From NCBI GenBank assembly GCA_044347345.1, contig JBIKUX010000011.1:26502-90501 (forward strand): 64,000 nucleotides of DNA, written 5' to 3'. The stretch is from Bdellovibrionota bacterium (GTDB taxonomy: Bacteria; Bdellovibrionota_C; UBA2361; JBIKUX01). The notes below the pieces were generated by a model, which saw nothing but the letters and a program-made list of their open reading frames with translations, did not search any database and was not told where the DNA came from. This document shows positions 1 through 9,182 of the stretch, one piece after another (within the stretch, counting starts at the first letter, position 1; each line of letters opens with the position of its first letter). A program made the translations under genes and the position numbers.

Positions 1-1566
1 GTATGGATCAAGTGGTCTGTTTTTAAGTGCTCGTTCAATCCTTTCTAGGGCTTGGTTAAGATTTTTGCCGGCCTCTGCATTAGCATATGCTAAGTAATTT
101 AAGGCTTCAGGATGGTTACTATCGATGTCGAGTACGTTTAGCATAGTTTGTTCGGCTTTCTTTTCATTACCATTCTCAAAAAGGATCATGCCGTAATCAA
201 ATAAAAGCTTAGTATCTGTTGGACGAAATTTTAGCAATTGCTCAGCTTCTTCTACCGCTTGAGAAAGTTTTCCGGCTTCTCGCAAAATTGAGATTAAATA
301 GTGACGTAGCTGAGGGAGAGTAGGTGATTGAGATATGCCGTCTCGTAATACTTGCTCGGCTGAGGAGAGGTTGCCGGTTTCTCTTATCAGGAAGCTCGCA
401 AACATCCTACTTCGTTCATATAAATTGCTAGAAGGTGGTACAGCAAGGAGATCCTGAAGCGCATCTTCTGTGCGGCCTAGGCCAGCATAGATTGTGCCTC
501 GATAAAATCTAGCTTCTGCATGTTGAGGGTTAGCAGCTAAGATTAGCGATAATTCAACCTCAGCTTCTAGTGGACGTTTTCGTTCAAGATGAAGTAGCGC
601 TATTTGAAGTCTTGTCTCTGTGGCATCCTCTTCAGACCTTTCGACAATTTGAAGATGCGATAAAGCTTCATCCCACTTCTTTTCATCCGCAAGTAAGATG
701 CCGAGAATTCTTCTTGCTTCTAAATGTTCTGGTTGTGTTCCTAGTATCTCTTCACATACTGCTTGAGCTTTTTTAGTGTGGCCACTTTTTAAGAGTATTC
801 TGATTAATTCTAGACCAATTCGACTATTTCCCTGACCGTTCTTCCAAGCCTTTTGGAAGGCTTTTGTAGCTTTTTTAATCTGGCCTAATTGTTCAAAACC
901 TCTACCTAAGAGCAGATAAATTGTAGGCTCATCTGGAAAAGAAATGGCTAGTTTTTCGAGTAAATTAATTGCTTCATTAGTTCGATCTAGTCTTAAATAA
1001 AGGCTCGCCGTAACAAGATAAATTTCAGTTGTATTCGGATATTCTTTAATTAGGCGTTCGTACAGAACTAGTGCTTCTTGCAATTTGCCTTGTGCGTCGA
1101 GAACACCGGCATGTAGAGTTAAAATATTAGGATCATTGGGACGAGCACTAAGAGCCCGCGAGCTTTCTTGATATGCTTGGTTTAAATCACCGGCGCGAAG
1201 AGCAAGTTCAGCAAGGCGCAGTCGTAATGCTGGAGCCTCAATATTTTTTAACAGACGGCTAGCTTCTTTAAATTGAGTCAGAGCATCTTGGTAATTCTCT
1301 TTATTATAGAGAAGTTGACCTATAATATATGCGTGAAGCCCGATTGATCTCTCTTGAATGGAGGAGTCTTGTAAATAAGAGCTAGATAAAGAAGTATCAG
1401 GCCAATTTTTAGAAAATGGCTTTACTGAAGTTATCCGACTACAGCCTAGTCCACAGGAGCCTAGTCCGCAGGCTCCAAGTATATAGCAAGAGAAAATAAA
1501 TAATTTCCAGTAGGATTGGTTATTTAACTCTAGGTCAAATAGCGCTTGTTTGATTGACTTTGTCAT
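1..1566 (-). CDS. TPR-repeat protein, probable lipoprotein (3' end runs off the window; absent from the ORF track)
   Basis: Manual translation from ATG at 1566 stays open to base 1: MTKSIKQ...YILGACGLGSCGLGC...YQDALTQFKEA...HAEARFYRGTIYAGLGRTEDA...HPEALNYLAYANAEAGKNLNQALERIERA, with repeated TPR consensus. Confidence 0.85.
   Translation of the reverse strand, partial: MTKSIKQALFDLELNNQSYWKLFIFSCYILGACGLGSCGLGCSRITSVKPFSKNWPDTSLSSSYLQDSSIQERSIGLHAYIIGQLLYNKENYQDALTQFKEASRLLKNIEAPALRLRLAELALRAGDLNQAYQESSRALSARPNDPNILTLHAGVLDAQGKLQEALVLYERLIKEYPNTTEIYLVTASLYLRLDRTNEAINLLEKLAISFPDEPTIYLLLGRGFEQLGQIKKATKAFQKAWKNGQGNSRIGLELIRILLKSGHTKKAQAVCEEILGTQPEHLEARRILGILLADEKKWDEALSHLQIVERSEEDATETRLQIALLHLERKRPLEAEVELSLILAANPQHAEARFYRGTIYAGLGRTEDALQDLLAVPPSSNLYERSRMFASFLIRETGNLSSAEQVLRDGISQSPTLPQLRHYLISILREAGKLSQAVEEAEQLLKFRPTDTKLLFDYGMILFENGNEKKAEQTMLNVLDIDSNHPEALNYLAYANAEAGKNLNQALERIERALKNRPLDPY
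1443..1472. repeat. 15-bp tandem duplication AGCCTAGTCCRCAGG x2
   Basis: Read directly; one mismatch; encodes CGLGS/CGLGC on the minus strand. Confidence 0.85.
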
Positions 1567-1725
1567 AGTAGATGCTGTTTTTATCAACGTCTCTTTATCT
1601 ATCATACCAGTCATAACTGACAGGTAATAATAGAGAGTACAAGATGACCTAAAGTAAAATGGCTCAATTTGCGCGTATACGATAGATAACAATAATAAAT
1701 CACCAAGAGGTTAACAGAGGATACC

Positions 1726-2592
1726 ATGGATTTAAAACGAGGCTTAGCTAACATGTTGTGTAATGGCGTTATAATGGACGTCATAGATGTCGATGAGGCT
1801 CGCATAGCTGAAGATGCTGGAGCAGTGGCTGTAATGGCTCTTGAGCGTGTGCCATCAGATATTCGAAAACAGGGTGGAGTAGCGCGTATGAGCGATCCCG
1901 CTATGATTGAAGAGATTAAGGCCGCTGTGAGTATTCCGGTAATGGCTAAAGTCCGCATAGGCCACACAGCAGAAGCTAATATAATAGAAGCGATTGGTAT
2001 AGATTTTATTGATGAATCTGAAGTTCTTACGCCCGCTGATCCTCAATTTCATATTGATAAATTTGCGTTTCAGACTCCATTTGTATGTGGGGCTTGTAAT
2101 TTGGGTGAAGCTCTTCGTCGGATTAACGAAGGAGCCGCTTTAATTAGAACTAAAGGAGAAGCCGGCACAGGTAATATAATTGAGGCTGTGCGCCACTTAA
2201 GGCAAGTTCATTCTGAACTTGCTTTTATATATCGGGCATCGGATGAAGAAGTTGACCTTAAAGCTGATGAATATCGGGTACCTAGGGAGCTATTGTCTTT
2301 TGTTCGAAGCGAGCGACGTCTTCCAGTACCTAATTTTGCCGCAGGAGGAATAGCAACTCCGGCTGATGCCGCACTTTGTCGACAACTTGGAGCTGAAGCC
2401 GTGTTTGTTGGTTCCGGAATCTTTAAATCTTCTGACCCTTTAAGATTTGCAAAGGCTATTGTTGATGCTAACTGTTACTTCGATGTCCCTAAGAAGTTAC
2501 TTGAAGTTTCAAGGAATTTAGGGTCAGCTATGAGCGGTTTAACTATGGAGGATATTCCTGAAGCTGCGCGCTTAGCTAAACGAGGTTGGTGA
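1726..2592 (+). CDS. pdxS: Pyridoxal 5'-phosphate synthase lyase subunit
   Basis: [39 protein letters not shown] and [13 protein letters not shown] motifs; AGAGG RBS. Confidence 0.97.
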   Translation: MDLKRGLANMLCNGVIMDVIDVDEARIAEDAGAVAVMALERVPSDIRKQGGVARMSDPAMIEEIKAAVSIPVMAKVRIGHTAEANIIEAIGIDFIDESEVLTPADPQFHIDKFAFQTPFVCGACNLGEALRRINEGAALIRTKGEAGTGNIIEAVRHLRQVHSELAFIYRASDEEVDLKADEYRVPRELLSFVRSERRLPVPNFAAGGIATPADAALCRQLGAEAVFVGSGIFKSSDPLRFAKAIVDANCYFDVPKKLLEVSRNLGSAMSGLTMEDIPEAARLAKRGW

Positions 2593-2616
2593 TTAATTTC
2601 ATAGATTGAGAGTAGT

Positions 2617-3225
2617 TTGAAAATAGAAACAGTAGGTGTATTGGGGCTTCAGGGTTGTGTGACTCCCCATATCTGGCATCTTGAACAACTTAATAGTCTT
2701 GGTGGATTACCTTTTTTGGTCAAGCCACTAGTGGTGAAGTCGCCACAAGATCTTCAGGTATGCAATCGTTTGATATTGCCTGGTGGAGAAAGTAGTACCG
2801 TACTTAAGCTATTAGATAGACTCTCTTTTTTTGAATTGCTTGCTAAATATTGTAGTAGGTATCCTGTTTGGGGTGTGTGTGCAGGTGCTATTCTTTTGTC
2901 TCAGATCGTTGAAAACCCAGTTCAGAGATCCTTAAATGTTGCACCTGTTCGAGCTATAAGAAATTTTTATGGTTCACAACTAGACTCTTTTTCTACCTCT
3001 ATTTCTGTTCAGTCTCCGCTAGGAACGGTTGGCAACGAGAGAAAAACGATGGAGGTAGATTTTATTCGTGCTCCCCGTCTTATTGCTTTAAGTGATGAGG
3101 TCGAAGTCTTGGCTGAGATCAAAGATAATACTATTGGTTTGCGCTACAGAAATGTCATTCTTACTGCTTTTCACACTGAGCTTGGAACTGATTCTTATAT
3201 GCACAAGATGTTTGTTTGTTTGTGA
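2617..3225 (+). CDS. pdxT: PLP synthase glutaminase subunit
   Basis: GVLGLQG, LILPGGES, GVCAG nucleophile, FIRAP, FHTEL; directly follows pdxS. Confidence 0.93.
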   Translation: MKIETVGVLGLQGCVTPHIWHLEQLNSLGGLPFLVKPLVVKSPQDLQVCNRLILPGGESSTVLKLLDRLSFFELLAKYCSRYPVWGVCAGAILLSQIVENPVQRSLNVAPVRAIRNFYGSQLDSFSTSISVQSPLGTVGNERKTMEVDFIRAPRLIALSDEVEVLAEIKDNTIGLRYRNVILTAFHTELGTDSYMHKMFVCL

Positions 3226-3255
3226 GTAATTTTGACAGTTTTATGGAGTTTTTGC

Positions 3256-4101
3256 ATGACATATGCGTTACTTGACTCCGGTGATGGTGAACGGTTAGAG
3301 CGGTTTGGTGATAAAATTCTAGTGCGTCCTTCGTCTTTGGCTGTATGGACAAAGCGGCTTCCCGTATCTAATTGGATGAATATTGACGCCCGATTTGATC
3401 ATAAAAACCGGTGGCAATATTACAGGGAGCCGTTTGAAGAATGGTCATGTAATCTATCTGATATTACTTTAATCTTGCGTTTGCAGCGTAACGGACAGGT
3501 AGGATTTTTTCCTGAACATATCATTATTCAATCTATTTTAGATTTAGAAGCTCCCAATTCTTCCTTACTCAATTTGTTTGCATATACCGGACTAGCTTCG
3601 GTTTTAGCTGTTCAGCGTGGCATGAATGTTACTCATGTAGATACAAATAAGCAGGTACTTTCTTGGGTAAATACAAACATGGCGGCAAATAATAATCGGT
3701 TAGCTGAACAAAAAGACCGATCGATGTTGGCGGGTTCTTTTAGGGTCATTTTGGAGGATGCTATAACTTTTATTAATCGTGAAATACGACGGAAGCATAC
3801 TTACGATGTTATTATCGCTGATCCTCCCAGTTTTAGTCGTCAAATTAAGAATCAAGAGCAACAGGAAGGAGTCGATTTACTGCAAGAATGCTTTAAATTG
3901 TTGCCTTATCTAATGAAACAGGGCTCCGTAGCTATTGTCTCATCGCATCAGTTGGCCTTTGGAGTAGAAGGTCTTGCTAATCTAGCACTTGATGCCTTTG
4001 GAGATAAAATATCATTACAACCTTTGGATCTTTTAATTACTGAGAGCAATAGCCCACGAAGACTTAAATGTGGAGTAGGAGTAGTGATTCGAGTTAATTA
4101 G
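3256..4101 (+). CDS. Class I SAM-dependent methyltransferase (RlmI/YwbD-like short form)
   Basis: YALLDSGDGERLERFG N-terminus, QVGFFPE, LLNLFAYTG, IIADPPSF; ATG at 3256 preferred over TTG at 3232. Confidence 0.85.
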   Translation: MTYALLDSGDGERLERFGDKILVRPSSLAVWTKRLPVSNWMNIDARFDHKNRWQYYREPFEEWSCNLSDITLILRLQRNGQVGFFPEHIIIQSILDLEAPNSSLLNLFAYTGLASVLAVQRGMNVTHVDTNKQVLSWVNTNMAANNNRLAEQKDRSMLAGSFRVILEDAITFINREIRRKHTYDVIIADPPSFSRQIKNQEQQEGVDLLQECFKLLPYLMKQGSVAIVSSHQLAFGVEGLANLALDAFGDKISLQPLDLLITESNSPRRLKCGVGVVIRVN

Positions 4102-4313
4102 TTTAATTAATAAATTCAGAATTTTAGCTAACTTCTCTTTTTATACAGTAGTTTATAGGTAATAAACTACTTCTCTTTTTATGCAATTTTTTCTTATCGA
4201 GAGCGTTTTTAAATTGGTCGATAGTTAGATAACTAGTGATTCTGTTCGATCTGGATGTAGTGTGTGCTTTGTAGGTAAAGACGGAAATTTTAACAATGTA
4301 AAAAGCGATAAGG

Positions 4314-5666
4314 ATGATTTACGCTGCGTATTTTGATGAGGACGAAACACATTGCTTGGTACTTAATTCAGTATTAAGGGCAAGTGGGCTAAATACTTCC
4401 GTCGTCAGTAAAATTGAGGAAGCTTTTGATTTATTGCTAAGCGATTCATTTGATATTGCTCTGTGCCATTTAGTTGGTTCTGCTAATAGAGCCTTAAGTT
4501 TTCTAAAATCAACGCAAGAGATCGGTCTTTCTATTCCAATAGTTTTTCTTTTGGATCGATGTTCAGTCGAACAAGCGGTGCTGTTGATGCAGGCAGGAGC
4601 AGTCGATCTTTTTCAAAAACCAGTTGAAGCAAACGAATTAGTAACTCGACTTAAATCAGTTTTAGATAGAAAAAATATAGCAGTTAGGTCAAAAAAAATT
4701 AGACGAAAAAATAGTGCTTTTTGTGAATTTATATCTCAAAATCCTGATGTTCAAAAGCTCTTAGGCCACATAGATAAAGTAGCGGCAGTTGATTCTAGTG
4801 TACTCATTACCGGAGAAAGTGGTACGGGGAAAGAGCTTTTAGCTCGTCGTATTCATGAAAATAGCCCAAGAAAGCAGTATCCTTTTATACCTATTAATTG
4901 TGGAGCTATACCGTCTCAATTACTTGAGAGTGAATTGTTTGGTCATGAAGCAGGGGCATTTACGGGGGCTGAAGTATCTCGAATAGGAATATTTGAGAGT
5001 GGTTCAAATGGCACAATCTTTTTAGATGAGATTGGTGATATGCCTTATACTTTGCAAGTAAAGCTACTGAGAACCTTGCAAGAAGGAGAGATTAAGAGAG
5101 TAGGTGGTACGCGAATCATTAAAGTAGCACCACGTATTGTTTCGGCTACTAATCATTCACCAGCAGAGGCAATCGCTAACGGTACGCTGCGCTCTGATCT
5201 TTTTTATCGTCTTGGAGTGATTGAGTTTCATATTCCTCCACTTAGAGAGCGTCCGGAGGATATACCTTTATTGGCGATGCGATATCTTGAAAACTTTTGT
5301 CGTGAATTTAAGCGACCTGTACCCACAATTAGTGAAGAAGTCTGGAGTGCTCTTGCTCGTCATAAGTGGCCGGGAAATGCGCGAGAGCTTGAAAACGTAA
5401 TGGAAAGAGTCGCTGTATTAGCAGAAGAGCTAGTTACTCCGGCACACCTCGGGCTACCGTTTGGGCTTACATTTAGTATGTTAGATGAAGCCACCATTTC
5501 GTTAACTGAGATTGCTCAAATCGCAGCAAGACGTGCTGAGGCAGAGGTTTTACTGCAAACATTAAAAAAGTCTAATTGGAATAAATCAAAAACTGCTAAA
5601 GCGCTCGGAATTAGCTACAAGACTCTTTTAACCAAGGTTAAAGAGTATAAACTACATTCCATATAA
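4314..5666 (+). CDS. Sigma54-dependent enhancer-binding protein (receiver-AAA+-Fis HTH) with atypical receiver
   Basis: GESGTGKE Walker A, GAFTGA, FLDEIGD, WPGNARELEN, and C-terminal NKSKTAKALGIS HTH. Confidence 0.93.
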   Translation: MIYAAYFDEDETHCLVLNSVLRASGLNTSVVSKIEEAFDLLLSDSFDIALCHLVGSANRALSFLKSTQEIGLSIPIVFLLDRCSVEQAVLLMQAGAVDLFQKPVEANELVTRLKSVLDRKNIAVRSKKIRRKNSAFCEFISQNPDVQKLLGHIDKVAAVDSSVLITGESGTGKELLARRIHENSPRKQYPFIPINCGAIPSQLLESELFGHEAGAFTGAEVSRIGIFESGSNGTIFLDEIGDMPYTLQVKLLRTLQEGEIKRVGGTRIIKVAPRIVSATNHSPAEAIANGTLRSDLFYRLGVIEFHIPPLRERPEDIPLLAMRYLENFCREFKRPVPTISEEVWSALARHKWPGNARELENVMERVAVLAEELVTPAHLGLPFGLTFSMLDEATISLTEIAQIAARRAEAEVLLQTLKKSNWNKSKTAKALGISYKTLLTKVKEYKLHSI

Positions 5667-5683
5667 ACTAATTTACATAAACA

Positions 5684-5709
5684 ATTAAACAGCTAGATTA
5701 AACAGATAG
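5684..5709. repeat. 13-bp tandem duplication ATTAAACAGMTAG x2
   Basis: Read directly; one mismatch. Confidence 0.7.
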
Positions 5710-5728
5710 TTAGTTGCATCTAGTTAGT

Positions 5729-5926
5729 TCAAGAAATATCTTCTCCTGATTTAGATAGCGCTGCAACTATAAGTAAAAAGATCAAATTAAGACCCAAAGC
5801 TGCCGCTAACAGTCGCCAAAGTGCCCCAAGCCCTGCCATGCTACCTCTTCCCCCTGACCCTCTACCGAGCAGACCATTATTAAAGGGATTACTTGAAGGA
5901 ATATGTGACGGCTGATTCATGGGCAC
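5729..5926 (-). CDS. Possible small membrane protein (Gly-rich linker plus one TM helix)
   Basis: Fills the gap downstream of engB on the same strand; hydrophobic C-terminal segment; no clear RBS. Confidence 0.35.
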   Translation of the reverse strand: MPMNQPSHIPSSNPFNNGLLGRGSGGRGSMAGLGALWRLLAAALGLNLIFLLIVAALSKSGEDIS

Positions 5927-5977
5927 AGAGGATTACTTAATTTTATTTTACAATCAAGCAATAAGTGCAATTTTACT

Positions 5978-6589
5978 TTAATCAAGCCTAAGTAAGGCAT
6001 TTATTCGTATAAAAAATGCTTCAGTTGATACTTTTTCACCTGTAACTATGATGTCATCAGTTGTTAAGTTAAATGCTTGGGCTATTTCGTTTTGCTTGAT
6101 TTTAAGCTCATTTTTGGAAAGTTTGTCACTTTTAGTAATCACTATAAGGGTGTTGATATTACGAGCCGCTAAAGTATTACGCACCCAAATTTCTTCTTCG
6201 CCAGGAATTCTTCTGGCGTCAGCGAGTATTATTCCTATACGCAGTTGTTCGCGATTCAGTAAATAATCTTCAAGTAAGTTAGTTAAAGATTGAATCTCTC
6301 TTTTATTAACAGCCGCATAGCCAAATCCTGGAAGATCAGTTAAGACCCAGTTTAGCATCTCGTCATCCACAGTTTTTCCGGATATGGCGAAGCAGTGTAT
6401 TGCACGAGTGCGACCTGGAGTTTTACTTACTCGCGCAAGTTGTCGCCTTTTAGTTATTCTATTTACAAAAGTTGATTTTCCTACGTTCGATCGGCCCAAC
6501 AGAGCAACTTCTTTTAGTTTATGCTTGGGAATACCCTGAAAAGTTGGAGCACCTCCTAGATACTCAATTGAGGTGATAGTAAAGGTCAC
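5978..6589 (-). CDS. engB: Ribosome biogenesis GTPase EngB/YihA
   Basis: GRSNVGKS, SKTPGRT, DLPGFGYA, TKSDK. Confidence 0.93.
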   Translation of the reverse strand: MTFTITSIEYLGGAPTFQGIPKHKLKEVALLGRSNVGKSTFVNRITKRRQLARVSKTPGRTRAIHCFAISGKTVDDEMLNWVLTDLPGFGYAAVNKREIQSLTNLLEDYLLNREQLRIGIILADARRIPGEEEIWVRNTLAARNINTLIVITKSDKLSKNELKIKQNEIAQAFNLTTDDIIVTGEKVSTEAFFIRINALLRLD

Positions 6590-6649
6590 AGATTTTCCTG
6601 TTAAAAACTAAATTATAGGATAAAAAAGTAGGTTGACACCAGATTTGGG

Positions 6650-6778
6650 CTATTCACCTTGATTATAAATTTCTTGCTCCAGTTTTTTTATTCTTACTCG
6701 AAGCGAGCGTAAATAAGCTACTATAATAAGCCAAAACACTGTGTAGCCAGCCACTAAACTTGGAAATGTATCAGGCAT
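6650..6778 (-). CDS. ccmD: Heme exporter protein CcmD (42 aa; not in the ORF track)
   Basis: Manual translation MPDTFPSLVAGYTVFWLIIVAYLRSLRVRIKKLEQEIYNQGE*; TAAGGAG RBS; directly after ccmC; Tyr-containing TM helix plus basic tail. Confidence 0.85.
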   Translation of the reverse strand: MPDTFPSLVAGYTVFWLIIVAYLRSLRVRIKKLEQEIYNQGE

Positions 6779-6799
6779 TTTTTCTCCTTATTATTTAAG

Positions 6800-7486
6800 T
6801 TAGTCGTTTTTAGAAAAAACGGAAATTTCCAGTAATCCTATACGAATTCTTACAAGTAAAAAGAGAAGAGCTAAAGTGATTAAGGTTACTGTAGCTAATC
6901 CTAATCCGGCTCCGAAAAGGTGATGTTTTAAACCTCTCGCCTCAATTACTTGAGGATGTAATTGCGCTACCTGAGGAAGTAGCTTAACTGAGAGCCAAAC
7001 AAGGGGTACGGTAAGTGAACCGAGTAGACCAATAATAGCCGATTGAGTTTCAATCCGCTGCTTATCGCCAAAGTTTCGTATAATGATGAAGGAGAGAAAA
7101 ATAAGCCACAATAAAAGAAAGGTAACTAATCTTGGTTCCCATCTAAACCAAGTATTCCAAGCTGCTTTACCCCATATCATACCTGTTACGAGCGTTGTGG
7201 TGCAAAAAATAAAACCCACTTCTCCAGCGGCACCATTTATAACGGCCCACAGTCGATTTAATGAAACGAGATAACCAATACTTGCAAGAAAAACTACACT
7301 AAACGCAACATAGCACGAAATTGCAGAAGCGACATGATAGTAAAATAAGCGTTGCACAGCTCCCATGACTCGTTCTGACGGCACTATCATAAAAATCATG
7401 TACAGAGAGAGTGGAATAAGTATAGCGCTTAAAAAGAAGAGTAATGGTTCGGTTATTCGTAGTACTTTAGTTATTTGACTATTCAT
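6800..7486 (-). CDS. ccmC: Heme exporter protein CcmC
   Basis: QRLFYYHVA, Trp-rich motif WGKAAWNTWFRWEPRL, LHP histidine. Confidence 0.92.
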   Translation of the reverse strand: MNSQITKVLRITEPLLFFLSAILIPLSLYMIFMIVPSERVMGAVQRLFYYHVASAISCYVAFSVVFLASIGYLVSLNRLWAVINGAAGEVGFIFCTTTLVTGMIWGKAAWNTWFRWEPRLVTFLLLWLIFLSFIIIRNFGDKQRIETQSAIIGLLGSLTVPLVWLSVKLLPQVAQLHPQVIEARGLKHHLFGAGLGLATVTLITLALLFLLVRIRIGLLEISVFSKND

Positions 7487-7510
7487 AGATCAATAAAATT
7501 GAAGAATTAT

Positions 7511-8227
7511 TTAGGCACTATCTCCCATGGCACGGTCGCTCAGCAATACACCGAGTGATGGATAAATTAGAGCTAGTCCAATAACGGCGCTAGTGGCGCC
7601 GGATAAGCTCCACGGCTCATTTGTTGTTATTGCTAAGGTATCAATTGAGGCTCTTACCAGGGCAATGACAAACGGAATAAGAAGGGGAAGTGTTATCATT
7701 ATCTGCACTGAGGCTCCCCTGTCTGTACGAATAGAAAGGATACTTGTAAGAGTACACAAGGCACTGAGTCCTATGGAACCGGATAAAACTAGAATAGCTA
7801 TGGGCGAAAGAGCAGATGAAATGCGAACATCAGCGATAAATATACCTGTACTAACTATTGTTGTAATACTAATTATCGTCCCAAGACATAGCACTAAAGA
7901 CTTTGCAATGTACAAAGTGGATGGTCTTACTCCTGCTAGTAGTATGGTTGATAAAGCCTCAGTAGCTATCTCTTTGTTCCACATTTTTTCTGAAGCTGTG
8001 AGTATGGTGATGGTAGTTAGTAGCCACCATGTATAGGTAGATACGAGTAATCGTATGGATGGATGAAGAGTGAGCATGCTAATACCAACACTACTTATTA
8101 TTCCAAAAAGAAAAGACAAAATAATTACGCTCACAAAAAACTCTGAACGCCGTACCTCCGCTACTAGTTCTTTTTGAATCAGAGCCCATAATATATTTGG
8201 CACTGCTGGAGATTTGTTTTGTGACAT
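7511..8227 (-). CDS. ccmB: Heme exporter permease CcmB
   Basis: About 6 TM helices, KELVAEVR N-terminus, LPLLIP motif; lies between ccmA and ccmC. Confidence 0.8.
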   Translation of the reverse strand: MSQNKSPAVPNILWALIQKELVAEVRRSEFFVSVIILSFLFGIISSVGISMLTLHPSIRLLVSTYTWWLLTTITILTASEKMWNKEIATEALSTILLAGVRPSTLYIAKSLVLCLGTIISITTIVSTGIFIADVRISSALSPIAILVLSGSIGLSALCTLTSILSIRTDRGASVQIMITLPLLIPFVIALVRASIDTLAITTNEPWSLSGATSAVIGLALIYPSLGVLLSDRAMGDSA

Positions 8228-8272
8228 TGCTATTTTTGTAAAAGCTGTAAGGGTTGTTTAAAGATTTACATA

Positions 8273-8938
8273 TTATCTGTTTGATGCGTGATAGAAGGCT
8301 AATAGGGTTTCTTTCGTTTCCATTGATGAGGATCTCTTAATTGAGCCATTATCGAGAAGCAGTAAAGTGTTACCCCAAGCAACTAAATGATGCAGATCAT
8401 GAGTTGCTAAAATAATGGTTGTATCTTTATCTGAAAGAATGCTTTGTAGTAAAAGCTCAATACCATTGTTATCTAGATTAGCTGTTGGTTCATCTAGAAG
8501 TAAAAGCGAGGGTCGAATAATATCTATTAAGGCAAGTCCAGTTCGGGTATTTGTTCCTTTGGAGACGGTGCGTAAGGTTCTATGACGAAATTTATTAAGA
8601 CCCCATAATTTTAGGACATCATCAATTGGTTTTTTTACCCCGAATAGACCGCTAAAAAATAGCAGATTTTCCTCAATCGTTAAATCTGCATATAGCCCAG
8701 ATGCGTGACTTAGAAGAAACGGAGTTGTATTTTTGCCTAAAGTTCTGGTGCCACTGAATGGTGATATTAAGCCAGCTATGAGGCGAAGAAAAGTTGATTT
8801 TCCGCTTCCATTTCTCCCAAGAACTAGAACTCTTTCTCCTATTTTAAAATTTACTGATAAGTCTTGGAGTATTTTAGAGCCTCCGAGCGAAACATTGACT
8901 TTGTCTAAGTGACATATAATGTCTTCATTTATTTTCAT
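8273..8938 (-). CDS. ccmA: Heme exporter ATP-binding protein CcmA
   Basis: GRNGSGKST, LYADLTIEENL, LLLLDEP, ATHD; ccm operon context. Confidence 0.85.
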   Translation of the reverse strand: MKINEDIICHLDKVNVSLGGSKILQDLSVNFKIGERVLVLGRNGSGKSTFLRLIAGLISPFSGTRTLGKNTTPFLLSHASGLYADLTIEENLLFFSGLFGVKKPIDDVLKLWGLNKFRHRTLRTVSKGTNTRTGLALIDIIRPSLLLLDEPTANLDNNGIELLLQSILSDKDTTIILATHDLHHLVAWGNTLLLLDNGSIKRSSSMETKETLLAFYHASNR

Positions 8939-9179
8939 CGTCGGTTTGCTGCATCTTGCTTAATAATTGATGGTAGTCCTCTTCATCGAGAGCACCGGTA
9001 GCGAAATCATGCTCTATTTCATCCTTAAATGACTGCGATGAGTTTTGCTCAGGAGTGGATGCCAATGAGGAAAATTTATCTGAAGTCCCCTTCGAAAATA
9101 ATAATGGTTTGATAATTATTGTCAGTGTGATACCAGCAATCATTACCGATGCCATGATGTATAGAGTATCGTTATTCAT
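8925..9179 (-). CDS. Small membrane protein resembling the CcmI/CycH N-terminal domain
   Basis: N-terminal TM helix followed by EIEHDFATGALDEEDYHQL; between ccmF and ccmA. Confidence 0.6.
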   Translation of the reverse strand: MNNDTLYIMASVMIAGITLTIIIKPLLFSKGTSDKFSSLASTPEQNSSQSFKDEIEHDFATGALDEEDYHQLLSKMQQTDDENK

Positions 9180-9182
9180 AAC

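Noticed and set aside
570..776. 68-aa + strand ORF
   Set aside because: Antisense shadow of the long minus-strand TPR gene.
4314..5666. Calling the activator FleQ/FlrA
   Set aside because: The FleQ c-di-GMP motifs (LFRS, ExxxR) are not visible and there is no flagellar context.
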